Part shown: positions 47,024-57,900 of the stretch, piece by piece
Position numbering within the stretch: position 1 is the stretch's first letter
Layout: each line of letters opens with the position of its first letter
DNA from: a virus
DNA length: 64,000 bases
Strand: one strand, 5' to 3'
IMG/VR virus record: IMGVR_UViG_3300035698_010358
Span: 1-64,000 of that record
The notes under the pieces: generated by a model
Seen by the model: the letters and a program-made list of their open reading frames with translations, nothing else
Databases searched by the model: none
Told to the model about the DNA's origin: nothing
Position numbers and translations under genes: made by a program

Positions 47024-48364
47024 ATGGAACAGATTACACTTGATGCTCTGGTGAGTGCTCTTGCCCCTATCGAAGCCATCGGTAAAAATGAGATTACTTT
47101 CAATGTCCAGGGGAAAGATTCCGGGACAACGGTAACGCTGCGGATTCTTCTCCCCGAAGAAGAAATCATAGCCCAGCGTTATGCTTCTGAGGCTTTGGCA
47201 GATGCAAATGAGAAGAAAAGCCATGATGCCTTGGAGTATCTGGAAAGATTCAAAATTAGTATTTTGTCTTTTTCCTTGGTTTCCATCGGAGCTCTCGACC
47301 TTCATAATTCAGAATATATCGAAACCGGGGAAACTCTAAAAAACGGCAAAAAGGTGAAGGAACCTAAGCATTTGGCAATGCGGAAGCTCCTTCTCAAATG
47401 GACACAAGACATCCGAACCTTGATGTTCAATAAATACAATGAGTTACTGCTCCAGTCTGAGTTGGATGCAGAGAAAGCTATTGTATTTGATCCAGTAGAC
47501 TTGGCCACAGAAATTGAACGGGTTGAGAAACGATTGGAGGATCTGAAGAAAACTCAGGAGAAGGAATCCTCTACCTCGGCTTTTCATGACCAGGTGAAAG
47601 AAATTGCTGAGTTGGATAAATCTGACGGGCAAGACCGCCGAGCTGCTGTTGATGCTATGACAGCAAAACGGGCTGGCATCGCCCCCCAAGTTGACGAGGA
47701 TGCGGCTCTCCCTGAAAACCTCGATGCTTCAGAGGCACTAGGTCCTCAACGAACCCAACAGGAAGAATTCAAATCAACGGTCTTCCATGATACAGTCTTC
47801 CATGATGCAGCCACACCACCTCCTGAGAGGCCCGTAGATCAACAAGCAGCTCCAATGCCACCTACGGCTCAGGAACCTTCACAAGAACAGCCTCAGCAGC
47901 CTGTAATAGGTGAGGAACCACCATTACCTGTATGGGAAGATGACTCGTTTATAGATTCGAGTGATTCCGATGGGATGAAGGCTGCTGTTCACGCCGAAAA
48001 CCAGAAACTTCTAGCTGCCCGACGTGGGGACCTTCCTCCTGAACCGTCAGCCTTGAATAACATGAGAGCAGAACAGGCCGCTAAAGGTGCCCCCGTGATG
48101 AGACCCGGTGTAAAGCCACCTCATGTTGGAGCAAAATCCGTAGCTGATGAATTGGAGTCTGAGGAAACCAGGATTCTGAATGCTTCTCGAAAAGCTATGA
48201 CGGAATCTACTGAAAAAAGGGATGGTGCTGATGTGTATCGTCAGCCTGTTGAAACTCTGGACAGGGTAGAGCCTGACAAATCAGCTCAACAGCCTGTTTT
48301 GAATAGTGCTCCTGTGAATCAATCGACAAATCCTAGGTTCAAACCTAATAATCGAAAGCCGTAA
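47024..48364 (+). CDS. Putative tail assembly chaperone
   Basis: Between tube and tape measure; VTLRILLPEEE N-domain plus disordered tail. Confidence 0.55.
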   Translation: MEQITLDALVSALAPIEAIGKNEITFNVQGKDSGTTVTLRILLPEEEIIAQRYASEALADANEKKSHDALEYLERFKISILSFSLVSIGALDLHNSEYIETGETLKNGKKVKEPKHLAMRKLLLKWTQDIRTLMFNKYNELLLQSELDAEKAIVFDPVDLATEIERVEKRLEDLKKTQEKESSTSAFHDQVKEIAELDKSDGQDRRAAVDAMTAKRAGIAPQVDEDAALPENLDASEALGPQRTQQEEFKSTVFHDTVFHDAATPPPERPVDQQAAPMPPTAQEPSQEQPQQPVIGEEPPLPVWEDDSFIDSSDSDGMKAAVHAENQKLLAARRGDLPPEPSALNNMRAEQAAKGAPVMRPGVKPPHVGAKSVADELESEETRILNASRKAMTESTEKRDGADVYRQPVETLDRVEPDKSAQQPVLNSAPVNQSTNPRFKPNNRKP

Positions 48365-48367
48365 TTT

Positions 48368-49531
48368 ATGGGCTTATTGCCGACGACAACCCCCGAACAA
48401 CGGGCACCATTCTATGAAGACGTTGAAGATTTAACCACTGTAGGGTTCTTATCCCATTCGGTGAGTCTTGCCGGGGCTCGTTTGTCGTTCAGGTCTTTGA
48501 GTGCCGGAGATTTATTCTTGCTTCAGACTCATGGTGATGATGAGGCTTGGCAATCTTGGATGGTTGCGTCATCTGTGTGGATGGTTGATGGTTATAGCCT
48601 TCTGGCTGAAACTAATTCTTCATATCATATTCATAAACTGTTGAAGACATTACCTCAGTCAGCTATGACCATTTTATTTAGTATTGTCAAAGGGTTATTC
48701 TCTCGTCAAGATAAAGCTCTCAGTGCAGTCGAGGCATATTGTTATGAAAGTGCTTCACGTTTTCGGTGGAAAGCCACTAAAGGATCCTCTATAGGGACCC
48801 TTTCAGGAATTCAGGGTACTGACCGGTTCGGGATGAACCCTGTAATGCAAATGTGGCGGTTTTTTAATGAGATCGAAGACAAACGTAATTACGATGAAGT
48901 CCAATGGGATGGATTCAAGTTGGCTGCTTCAGCTTCTGCTCCTAAAGGGGTGGAGAAGATTGACAAGCATGATAAAAACCGACGTGAACGAGAAGAAAAC
49001 AGGCGGCAGGATGTTCTGGATAGATTCTTTTACGTTCGAAAAGGAGTTATTTCACCAGAGTCGAAGCCAACGGATATTGAATCTATTGGTATTCGAGCCA
49101 AGTCTTACGATGACCTAGAAGGTGAAATGCAACGGTGGGTGAGTGGTGATGATGATTTCCATGATACTATTGTTAGTAATTATAAGAATTCAATTACTGA
49201 CAGGTATGACAAGGAACGAGAAGAAAGAGCTACTCGTCGGGAAGTCTTACAGAAAAAGTATGAAGAGATGGAGTTGGATACGAAGCCGAGGCCCTTGGTT
49301 GGTTACACACTAGATCAACTGGAGCATGTTGTGAAAAGCAGGAAGCCTGGTGTGGCTAAACTTTATCATGACACTCAGGGGCTTCAGGAGAAGATGTATC
49401 AACGTCATTTGAAATTAGCGGAGAAGGGGCTATTGGAAGCTGAAGATGGCCAGATAAAAGCCCCACCAGGGAACCCTGAATTGATGGAGTTAATTACCAA
49501 ACGTCAGGTTCCATTTTCGTCAGAGGATTAA
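48368..49531 (+). CDS. Putative tail assembly chaperone 2
   Basis: LSFRSLSAGD; immediately before the tape measure gene. Confidence 0.5.
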   Translation: MGLLPTTTPEQRAPFYEDVEDLTTVGFLSHSVSLAGARLSFRSLSAGDLFLLQTHGDDEAWQSWMVASSVWMVDGYSLLAETNSSYHIHKLLKTLPQSAMTILFSIVKGLFSRQDKALSAVEAYCYESASRFRWKATKGSSIGTLSGIQGTDRFGMNPVMQMWRFFNEIEDKRNYDEVQWDGFKLAASASAPKGVEKIDKHDKNRREREENRRQDVLDRFFYVRKGVISPESKPTDIESIGIRAKSYDDLEGEMQRWVSGDDDFHDTIVSNYKNSITDRYDKEREERATRREVLQKKYEEMELDTKPRPLVGYTLDQLEHVVKSRKPGVAKLYHDTQGLQEKMYQRHLKLAEKGLLEAEDGQIKAPPGNPELMELITKRQVPFSSED

Positions 49532-49534
49532 ATC

Positions 49535-52500
49535 ATGAGTATCCGTTCAGAAATTCTAAATTTTAGTACCCAGCTCGATACGACTGGGATGACTAAATCC
49601 ATCGTTTCCATGAAGGATTTGATGGAGAAGAATGTCCGAGATGCTTTTTCAACAGGTATGAAAAACGGTATCTCTCTGAAACATATGGATGCTGTGCGTA
49701 AGAAAATGACGGATGCTACAAAAGAAATCAGTGTTATCCAAACAAAAATGCAGAAGGAACAACTCAAGATAGACAGCACCAAACTTAATGATGGTTTTAA
49801 GAATATTGCTAAAAAAAGAAAACAGAAACTGGCAGATCAACTAGAACTTCAAACACAGGCTTTATCTGCTGATCAGGATAGAATAGCAAATATGGGCCAG
49901 AAACTAGAACAGATGCAAATCAATGACGAGAAAAGCCGGATGGCTATAGTCGGGAAATCTGTTGAAACCTTCGGTGAGGGGATGCACTCTGTTTTCTCTG
50001 ATATCACATCTAAAGATGTCACTTCCATTTTTGGTGTTATTCAAAAGGGTGCCGCAAAACTTCAGCAGGTACAGGCAAAGGCTGTAGCTTCTAAAGAGGC
50101 TGGTGGGACAGGTGGGATGGCCAAAATTGCTGGGATTATGACCAAGTTGGGACCTACTCTTGTGGCAGTCGGGGCTATTGCCGCAGGTTTTGCAGCAATT
50201 GTTAAAATTATCATTGATGCTGATGCCCAAGCAAAGGAACTTCATAAGACTTTGATGGATGGTGGGGTTTCTGTTGGGGATATGGTTATCGGGGCTGAGG
50301 GACTGGAAGGGGCTTTAAAAGAGGTCCGTGAGATGGCCGTTGATGTTGGGAACAATTTGGATTGGGGTACATTAGCTGACGACCAGATTAAAATATTAGG
50401 TGCATGGAATGAAGCAGGGCACACTTTGAAAGAAATGTCTGGGGATTTAGACACAGCAGAAAAAAGGATGAGTGCTTACCAGAAAGCAACTTCTGCTGCT
50501 TTAACATATTCGAAGTTACTGGGTGAGTCTGCAGATAAAGTTGCTCAGGACATGACAGGGATGATGGAGCAGTTAGGTTTTTCTTTAGGCGGGGTTCAAG
50601 AAAACTTTGCCATGATTTACGATGCCGCTCAAACAAGTGGCTTTGGGACGAAAAGATTCTTTGGGATGGTTTTACAAGCCACCACGGGGATGGGGATGTA
50701 CAATGTTCGGTTAGAACAGACAACTAACATGCTCCTTAATCTGAATAAGATTCTCGGAACTAAGTTTGGTGCCGACTTCTTCAATAAGTTGACGGGTCAG
50801 TTCTCTGGGGACAGCGCTCAAGAAGGTATTAAAAAAATTATGTTGCGGGGTGGGAAAGCAGTATCCGCTACTTTACAAAGCCAGGCTGAATATACTGCTG
50901 ATGGTGTGATGAATGTTTTCAAATCTCATTTAGGTGATGATTTTTCTAAAGGGTTAAAGGATATTTTTGGGGCTGAGGGTACAGAGTTGGCAGCACAACT
51001 CTCTAATGCCGATACACGAGGGGAAGGGATTAGCACTCTCGTAAAAACATTAAGGGAGATGAACCCCCAAGAACAAGCGGCTATTCTTGTAAAAACTCAG
51101 AAAGAGATTGGTTCCGATGCTTCTCGGCAACTACAGCAATTACTGATTCAGGCTAATGGTATTGGTGGTTCTATGGGAAAACAGATGACGGCTTTAAGGT
51201 CTTTGGGTCCGGGAGGTGTGTTAGTAGATACCATTGATAGGTTAATGAAGGCAGCGGGGGTTTCAAGTTTAGAAGAATTATCTCAGATGGGTGCAATATC
51301 TCAATCAGTTGTTGAAAGTTTAGATGGTATCGATTCTACTATGAGGGATCAATCTGTACAAATGGCTATGCAGGTTGGTGGTCAGTGGAATGATATGAAG
51401 AAACTCCAAGAGAGAATGAGAACTGAGGAGTTTAAAGGTGAAGTAGGCCAAGCAAAATTATTGGCAGAACAAACAAAACAAATTAATGCTTGGGGTGCAA
51501 CGGCCACGAGTGAAAATAAAATCATGCACGCAAAAATGGATAAAGATGGGAAAATAAAAGAGATTGGTTTTAAGGCAATGGGGTCGGCTAAGGATTTATT
51601 GATGGGTCGAGTGAAAGCTGATGCCGATGTTGCTAAAATGATGACTGATCAGGAAATCCAAGCAAAAAAAGTTGCTGATAATACTACAGCAATGACTCAT
51701 GCTCTGGAAGTTGGGATTCAATACATCCTAAATGGTATTTATGATTCCGTAAAAACTATTTCTAAGTTCCTTACTGGGAAAGGGTTAGATGCGGATGAGA
51801 AAAAAGAACGAGATAAAGCTCTAGCCTCACAAGAGGCCATTTCTAAGAGGTTCTTGGATCAATTAAAAGAAAACAGGGAGAAACAGGGGAAAGTAGAATC
51901 AGAAATGCTTCAGGCTAAAGGGCCTGAAAGAACAGCTCTTGAAGCGGAGTTGGGGAAATTACGTTCAAGTTTTAAGACTTTAAGTACCAAATTGGATTTT
52001 AGCAGAGCAAAAGAAAAAAACATTTCTGGTTTTGAAGGTACTTTTCTTGATAAGGATGCCGCTGAAGTTTCCAAGTTTGCTCACGAGAAGACGGCAAATG
52101 AGATGTACGGGCGTACAGCAGGTTCTAGGGGCACTCAGGTAGGTGCAAGTGGGGCTGTTATAGGTGCTACACCTGCTTCTTATGATCAAACACAACTCAG
52201 GCAAGGATTAAGTCAAAGCCATCCTGAAGAATTAAAAGAATTATTGGAGTTGGAAAAAAAGAATATTGATATTACTGATAAACTTCAGGAATTGGGTGAT
52301 AGAGCTCATAAGGAATTGCTTCGGTCAAATGAACAAATATCTACGGAGGACCAAAAGAAAGCCAAGGACCTGCAAGAAAAGAAAATAAGTGAGGAAAAGG
52401 GTCCTATAGCTAAAGCCTTCGCAGAGGCTCAGGATTCTGTAACTAGAGATAATGATCTGAGAGCTTTGATGTCAGATGCCCTCGGAGGAGTTTCTGTGAC

Positions 52501-52807
52501 CGATAAAATGGTACATGGACTAAAAAATGGGACTACCTCAGATTTTGGGTCCACTGAGAGAGACAAACTAATGAAACAGTGGAAAACTGGCAAGAGTACT
52601 ATAGAGAAAACAGAAGATTTCATTTTGACTTCTGGGGGCCGGCTTATCAAACCTAGTTCAAAAGATACAATTACAGGTTCTAAACCTGGTGGACCATTAG
52701 ACAGAAGAGGTGGGGGTCAGACCGTTATCAATAACTACAACCTCCCGAACGATGCCAATCAGAACTTGATGGCCATAACGAAAGCTCAAAAGGCGGGGGT
52801 GTTATAA
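49535..52807 (+). CDS. Tape measure protein
   Basis: 1090 aa; helical, A/G/K/M-rich, with a hydrophobic segment; synteny. Confidence 0.75.
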   Translation: MSIRSEILNFSTQLDTTGMTKSIVSMKDLMEKNVRDAFSTGMKNGISLKHMDAVRKKMTDATKEISVIQTKMQKEQLKIDSTKLNDGFKNIAKKRKQKLADQLELQTQALSADQDRIANMGQKLEQMQINDEKSRMAIVGKSVETFGEGMHSVFSDITSKDVTSIFGVIQKGAAKLQQVQAKAVASKEAGGTGGMAKIAGIMTKLGPTLVAVGAIAAGFAAIVKIIIDADAQAKELHKTLMDGGVSVGDMVIGAEGLEGALKEVREMAVDVGNNLDWGTLADDQIKILGAWNEAGHTLKEMSGDLDTAEKRMSAYQKATSAALTYSKLLGESADKVAQDMTGMMEQLGFSLGGVQENFAMIYDAAQTSGFGTKRFFGMVLQATTGMGMYNVRLEQTTNMLLNLNKILGTKFGADFFNKLTGQFSGDSAQEGIKKIMLRGGKAVSATLQSQAEYTADGVMNVFKSHLGDDFSKGLKDIFGAEGTELAAQLSNADTRGEGISTLVKTLREMNPQEQAAILVKTQKEIGSDASRQLQQLLIQANGIGGSMGKQMTALRSLGPGGVLVDTIDRLMKAAGVSSLEELSQMGAISQSVVESLDGIDSTMRDQSVQMAMQVGGQWNDMKKLQERMRTEEFKGEVGQAKLLAEQTKQINAWGATATSENKIMHAKMDKDGKIKEIGFKAMGSAKDLLMGRVKADADVAKMMTDQEIQAKKVADNTTAMTHALEVGIQYILNGIYDSVKTISKFLTGKGLDADEKKERDKALASQEAISKRFLDQLKENREKQGKVESEMLQAKGPERTALEAELGKLRSSFKTLSTKLDFSRAKEKNISGFEGTFLDKDAAEVSKFAHEKTANEMYGRTAGSRGTQVGASGAVIGATPASYDQTQLRQGLSQSHPEELKELLELEKKNIDITDKLQELGDRAHKELLRSNEQISTEDQKKAKDLQEKKISEEKGPIAKAFAEAQDSVTRDNDLRALMSDALGGVSVTDKMVHGLKNGTTSDFGSTERDKLMKQWKTGKSTIEKTEDFILTSGGRLIKPSSKDTITGSKPGGPLDRRGGGQTVINNYNLPNDANQNLMAITKAQKAGVL

Positions 52808-52810
52808 TCA

Positions 52811-53509
52811 ATGGCTGACAGACCACCAGTTTTCCGGTCATCTTTCATGTCACCTGATGATGGATTTGATGAAAGCAAGGGTAAAAAACCCGTTGTTTTC
52901 GATATTCTGGCAACAGATAAGGAAACCAGTATCCTTCCTGACAATATGAAGCTGGTGCTGCATGTGAACCCAGAGTCCATGTCCATCAATTATGCTAAGA
53001 TCATCGAACGGATCCCAACCAAAGGAGGATTCGTTGAACAGCATTTTGGTGAAGGTTTAAATTCCCTGGAGTTTAACATTGCTACAGGTGGGTTCATGCG
53101 GTTGTATTCCGGTTTGTCAAATATTACAGGTGGTCAAGGAGCCCTCGATGTAGAAGGAACTCGTCGGGATTCTATTGCTTACGATAAATATCTGGATGTG
53201 TTGGCACTGTTTCATAATAATGGGTCTATTTACGACATCACTGGGAAAATCGTATTTCAGGGATTCATCAGTGTTACGTTTGATGGGGGTGTTTATCTGG
53301 GGGTCTTCAACGACTTTACCGTATCGGAGGCTGCTGATAAACCATACCAGTTCACGATGTCAACGAGTTTTACTATCCAATCTGAGATGGTTCGGGTTCG
53401 GACAGATATGAGTTACCAAACTCAAGGTTCTATAAGTGAGGATTCTGGAATTAGTGTCCCTGATCTATTGAACCCTGATTACCTTGATTTGGGCAACAGG
53501 ATAAAGTGA
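52811..53509 (+). CDS. Baseplate tube-initiator-like protein
   Basis: LHVNPESMSINYAK..TKGGFVEQHFGE..YLGVFNDFTVSE..PYQF. Confidence 0.65.
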   Translation: MADRPPVFRSSFMSPDDGFDESKGKKPVVFDILATDKETSILPDNMKLVLHVNPESMSINYAKIIERIPTKGGFVEQHFGEGLNSLEFNIATGGFMRLYSGLSNITGGQGALDVEGTRRDSIAYDKYLDVLALFHNNGSIYDITGKIVFQGFISVTFDGGVYLGVFNDFTVSEAADKPYQFTMSTSFTIQSEMVRVRTDMSYQTQGSISEDSGISVPDLLNPDYLDLGNRIK

Positions 53510-53516
53510 GGGTGTT

Positions 53517-54914
53517 ATGGCTGAAGTGGTTACATTAGATGAAGCTGTAGAGAGATCAAAGGAAACAGGGGGTCCACCGATCACAGGCCCTAACATGGCA
53601 ATGATTACGGCTCAGTCTGTGAAAAACCCTCCAGCTCCATTGGCTTATCAATATTTGAATGTTGGACCGGAACTGACTATTGAGATGGAAGACATTTCAA
53701 CGGATCAGATTGATAACACTCGGCAAATGCTTAGGAATTTATCCCCTTTTGTTCTTCAGATTGAACCCCCTGCGGCATTTCAGAATTATGCCTCACAGCC
53801 AAGTGCTGCCGGTAGTCCAAGTATCAGCCTCTATGATGTGGCCAATGGGACGGCTTCCAGTTATCAGAAGGCTCGGGATGCCCTATATCAAGATGCTTCG
53901 TTGCTTAATGTTGCAGCAAATCAAAACTCAATGAACCCTGAAGATTATTTAGTAAGGTTTAGCCCTACTGAGGATTTGGTTGAGGATCTGGATGTGATGG
54001 GTCCCCCCGAACCAGGCAATTCAGATTTACCTTCACGAGGAAAACCCGCCCTTCCTGACTTGTTGAGTGTGATGGATATGCGGCTTCAAGTATCGAATAT
54101 CCTTAATATTCCACCTTTGGTTTTGTTGATCAATCCGACATCGTTCCAGATTCAGTACACCAAGATTCAACAATATCAAGATCGTAGCCGGTATGGTTAC
54201 ATTCTCCATACTTGGGGTGAAGATCAAGCCAAGATTTCGTTCACAGCAAAGTGTGGAGCGTTTATCTCTGGTGGCAGGGGTGTCCATGTTACCAGCCGTA
54301 ATGATTCTAAAGCCTGGCAGAATATGCAGAACCTGATGAGGTTCTACAAAAATAATGGGTACATCTATGATACGATGGGTCGGTCAAATGCTCATCTTCA
54401 TGTTGGAGCTTTGTCTATTCGGTATGATGGATTCATTTACTATGGCAGTATGGAATCATTTACATTTGAATTAAACGAAGATAATGAGCTGGGTGGTGTA
54501 GAGTTTAATATTGAGTTCACGGCCAACGGGATTATGGATACAACTCCCGACACCAATATTGTGCAGCCTATGCGGGCACCTTTACCCAGTATCGAAGATC
54601 AACGGTACATGAGTAAAGGTAGAAATAAACCTGGTGAGTATTCTTTGGGGTTGGGTGGTGTTACTACCATTCAAGAACAGGAAGTTAGTTCTAGTGATGC
54701 TTTGGATACGTTAGTTCCCCAAGATGGTACCGGAGTCCCTCAAGACGGTACCAGAGACGGTACCAATGGTTTTGACCGTATCATAATTGGTGGTATTATA
54801 GAACAACCTGTAGGAAATCAGGCTTTTCAGAGTTTCGATGATGATTCCAGTGTTGCTGTGGATAGACCTGTTGAACAGGATATCCCTCGTAATGCTAAAC
54901 CGTTTGGATTTTAA
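53517..54914 (+). CDS. Second tube-initiator-like baseplate protein (paralog of 52811)
   Basis: LLINPTSFQIQYTK..YILHTWGE..YYGSMESFTF. Confidence 0.6.
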   Translation: MAEVVTLDEAVERSKETGGPPITGPNMAMITAQSVKNPPAPLAYQYLNVGPELTIEMEDISTDQIDNTRQMLRNLSPFVLQIEPPAAFQNYASQPSAAGSPSISLYDVANGTASSYQKARDALYQDASLLNVAANQNSMNPEDYLVRFSPTEDLVEDLDVMGPPEPGNSDLPSRGKPALPDLLSVMDMRLQVSNILNIPPLVLLINPTSFQIQYTKIQQYQDRSRYGYILHTWGEDQAKISFTAKCGAFISGGRGVHVTSRNDSKAWQNMQNLMRFYKNNGYIYDTMGRSNAHLHVGALSIRYDGFIYYGSMESFTFELNEDNELGGVEFNIEFTANGIMDTTPDTNIVQPMRAPLPSIEDQRYMSKGRNKPGEYSLGLGGVTTIQEQEVSSSDALDTLVPQDGTGVPQDGTRDGTNGFDRIIIGGIIEQPVGNQAFQSFDDDSSVAVDRPVEQDIPRNAKPFGF

Positions 54915-54916
54915 CG

Positions 54917-57900
54917 ATGGGTATAGAAAATCGACCTTTTATAGGTACATGGAGGCTGAATCGTCAGCAGGTTATCCAACATACTCCAGATTGCTTGGTA
55001 TATCTGAATGGGGATCTCTCTTTACCGGGGTGTGCTCGGTGCAACAGCAAAATTAATATCCAAGAGTTTGTCACAGAGGTGTCTGTGGACGCCGGAACGG
55101 ACCCTGGAGCCACTTCCGCATCATTTACCTTGTCAGTACCCGTTCACCATCACGAATCGTTTGCAAGGGATGCTCAGTTCATTCTCCGACCTGGTTTGGA
55201 AGTTCATATTTACCAACGTGGCTTTTTCCCGGTTGAGGGTATGTATCAATCCACTGATGATGACACGATGCCTGCTTATCCATATTATCATGTTTTCCAC
55301 GGAGTTGTGACTCAAGTCGGTGGTTCCTATAGTTCTGGTGTTCAGACTTTCTCTGTTCAGTGTGGCTCGATGCTACATTTTTGGCAGTTCCAACAAGTCA
55401 GTACGAATGCTTCTATTTTTGGTAAACGGCCAACTAACTCTGGTAACAAAGCGTCTTCCGTTGGTCATAACTATACAGGTCAGCACCCTTATGAAATTAT
55501 TTGGCATATCCATAACGATTTTATCAGTGCCGCTGCAGGTGTTGGAAGTGCCCTTCAATCTCAAACCAATATCAGTGCAATGTTTGGGAATAAACAACTT
55601 TTTTCTTTTGCAGCCAAATACTGGGAGGAACGATTTAAGACTTCTACCATCAGATTGAGGATGCACGGTGCAACGGGCCAGTTATTTAATGCAGCTCAGG
55701 CAGCCTTCTTGGGCAGGGCTTCAAGTAAAGAATTGATCAAATTAACCAGAAGTCGATTCAATCAAAGTAACACAGGGTCGAAAAGTAATTCCCAGGTGAT
55801 GAGTAATGCTACAATCCGTGGGTCTTTGACTCCTGATGTTTTGGATGCCCTTCTCTATTCGGAGAGAGCCTCTGGTGGTAGTGAGCCAGTAGATTTAAAT
55901 ATCGTAGATATGAAAGCCTTCGTTACGGACATTGGAATGTTTGGGCAGTTTAATGAGTTTGAATCTACATATGAAAGTAAGATGGATATGGCCAACAAAG
56001 TCTGTGAAACCACAGGTTTTGAATTCTTTCAGGATGTGGATGGGGATTTTGTTTTTAAGCCTCCTTTTTATAACTTGGACACATCAGGTTCTCGGACTTA
56101 TTGTATTGAAGATATTGATATTATCAATATTAGTTTTGATGAAAAAGAACCTGAAATCACATATATGACAGCTAAGAGTGGGGCAATCAAAAATGTTGTA
56201 GGGCTAGGAGCTGACGGTGAATACGGTGTTCGTGCTCAGTATGTAGATTATCGGTTAGTGGCCCAGTATGGATGGCGGCCTGGTGAGTTTGAAACGGCAT
56301 ATTTCAATGATAAAGATGCTATGCAACATGCAGCAGCTAATAGGATGGACATCATGAATGCTCCATCGAAGTCGGCTTCTGTAACGATTCCTCTCCGACC
56401 TGAAATCCGACCCGGTTATCCCGTGTATATTCGGTATCTGGATTGTTTTTATTACTGCAACTCTTTTTCACATTCTTTTATGGCCGGTGGTCAATGTACA
56501 ACCACTCTCCAGCTCATTGCCAAGAGAGCCAAGTTCTTTGCTCCCGGTGATGTAGATAAACCGAACGGCGGTATTGATGCTATTCATTTAGATAACCCTT
56601 CAATGCCTGCTCGCCCTCTTCAGGTAGAAGACAATATGGGTTATCCTACTTTGATGGGGTTCCCTAATGTGGTAATGGGCCTTGACCCGAATCGTGTAGA
56701 TCCTCGGATAATGTTGCTTGGGGGTGGGGTGTTTGATGTATCTATCCCTACAATGATCTCTGGAATCATCCAGATGGCCTTGGATATGAAAGTTATTCGA
56801 TTTGCCGGTGGTGCTGATATGGGAACTTTGTTTGAAATGCAGACAGGTGAGAACACCACCATGAAGTTTTCATATGATATTGATCAGGATTTACTTCCTC
56901 CTGGGACACACCCTCCGGTAAATGCCACAGGGGAATTTGCAGATTTAGCTGCCGGTGTGGATAAATATAAAACTTTACTAGATGGTTTGGGTGCTTCCAA
57001 GAAGACCCGGAGAGCAGCCCTTCGGAAAGCGTCAAAAGGAGTAACTAAAGCAAGGGCAGATTATAAGAAAACATCTAAAAAAAAGAAAACGGAACGGGTA
57101 AATGCCAGGGCAAAAATTAAAACTGCTCGTAAAAAAGTTGTTGCTGCTTCAAACAATTTAAAACAATGTGAGATTGCATTTGAAGAGAAACTTAGTAAGA
57201 TAAATGATACGGACCCTGTAAAAATGCTTTATTCTATTATTCTGAATATGCAGAGTATGAGAGATGGTTCTCGAAAAGATATTCACAGCACCAGTTTCAT
57301 CTTAGATGTCCTGGCAGACAAAAAAGCAACTCGGACGAACGGTAACATGCCCGGTTCATACCGGTATTACTCCTCTTCTCACCCAGACTCTAAACATCAA
57401 GGGATGGGTAGTTTAACTATCAATGTTACAGAAGGGGATAAATCCCATACCATAGTAGATGAACCTTTGGAAGAGGGCCCGATTGAGGGTGAGGGTTTCC
57501 TTCCTGGTGGATCACAAACACCCTTAAATAAAGCAGTGGATTCCAAGTTCGGGATCATTCCAGTGACCAAAGGGATTAAAATTTTGAATGGTGATCCTAA
57601 AAAAAAGGGCGGGGTTGTTGTCCCGACTTCTGAAATTCGAGAGCTGAGTTTTTCTCCTGTGCATTATAATTTGACAAGTGTGAAGACCACAACGATTCAG
57701 AAAGCAAACCCTGGAGCTTTAGGGGCCAAGTTCTTTGCAAATTTAACAAGTAGTGCTGTGGTTCAGGGAGCAGCTCAGTCGAAGGCTTCTACTTTGAGAG
57801 ATGCTTTTACGGATTGGATTGCTTCTTTGGGATTTATTCTTACGAGTGCCGCTAATGAAGCCGATCCCGACATTGAAAAACCAGCACCTCTAACCCTGTT

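Noticed and set aside
47024-49531. Programmed frameshift between tail chaperones
   Set aside because: No convincing slippery site near the end of the first ORF; the second starts 3 nt after the stop in the same frame
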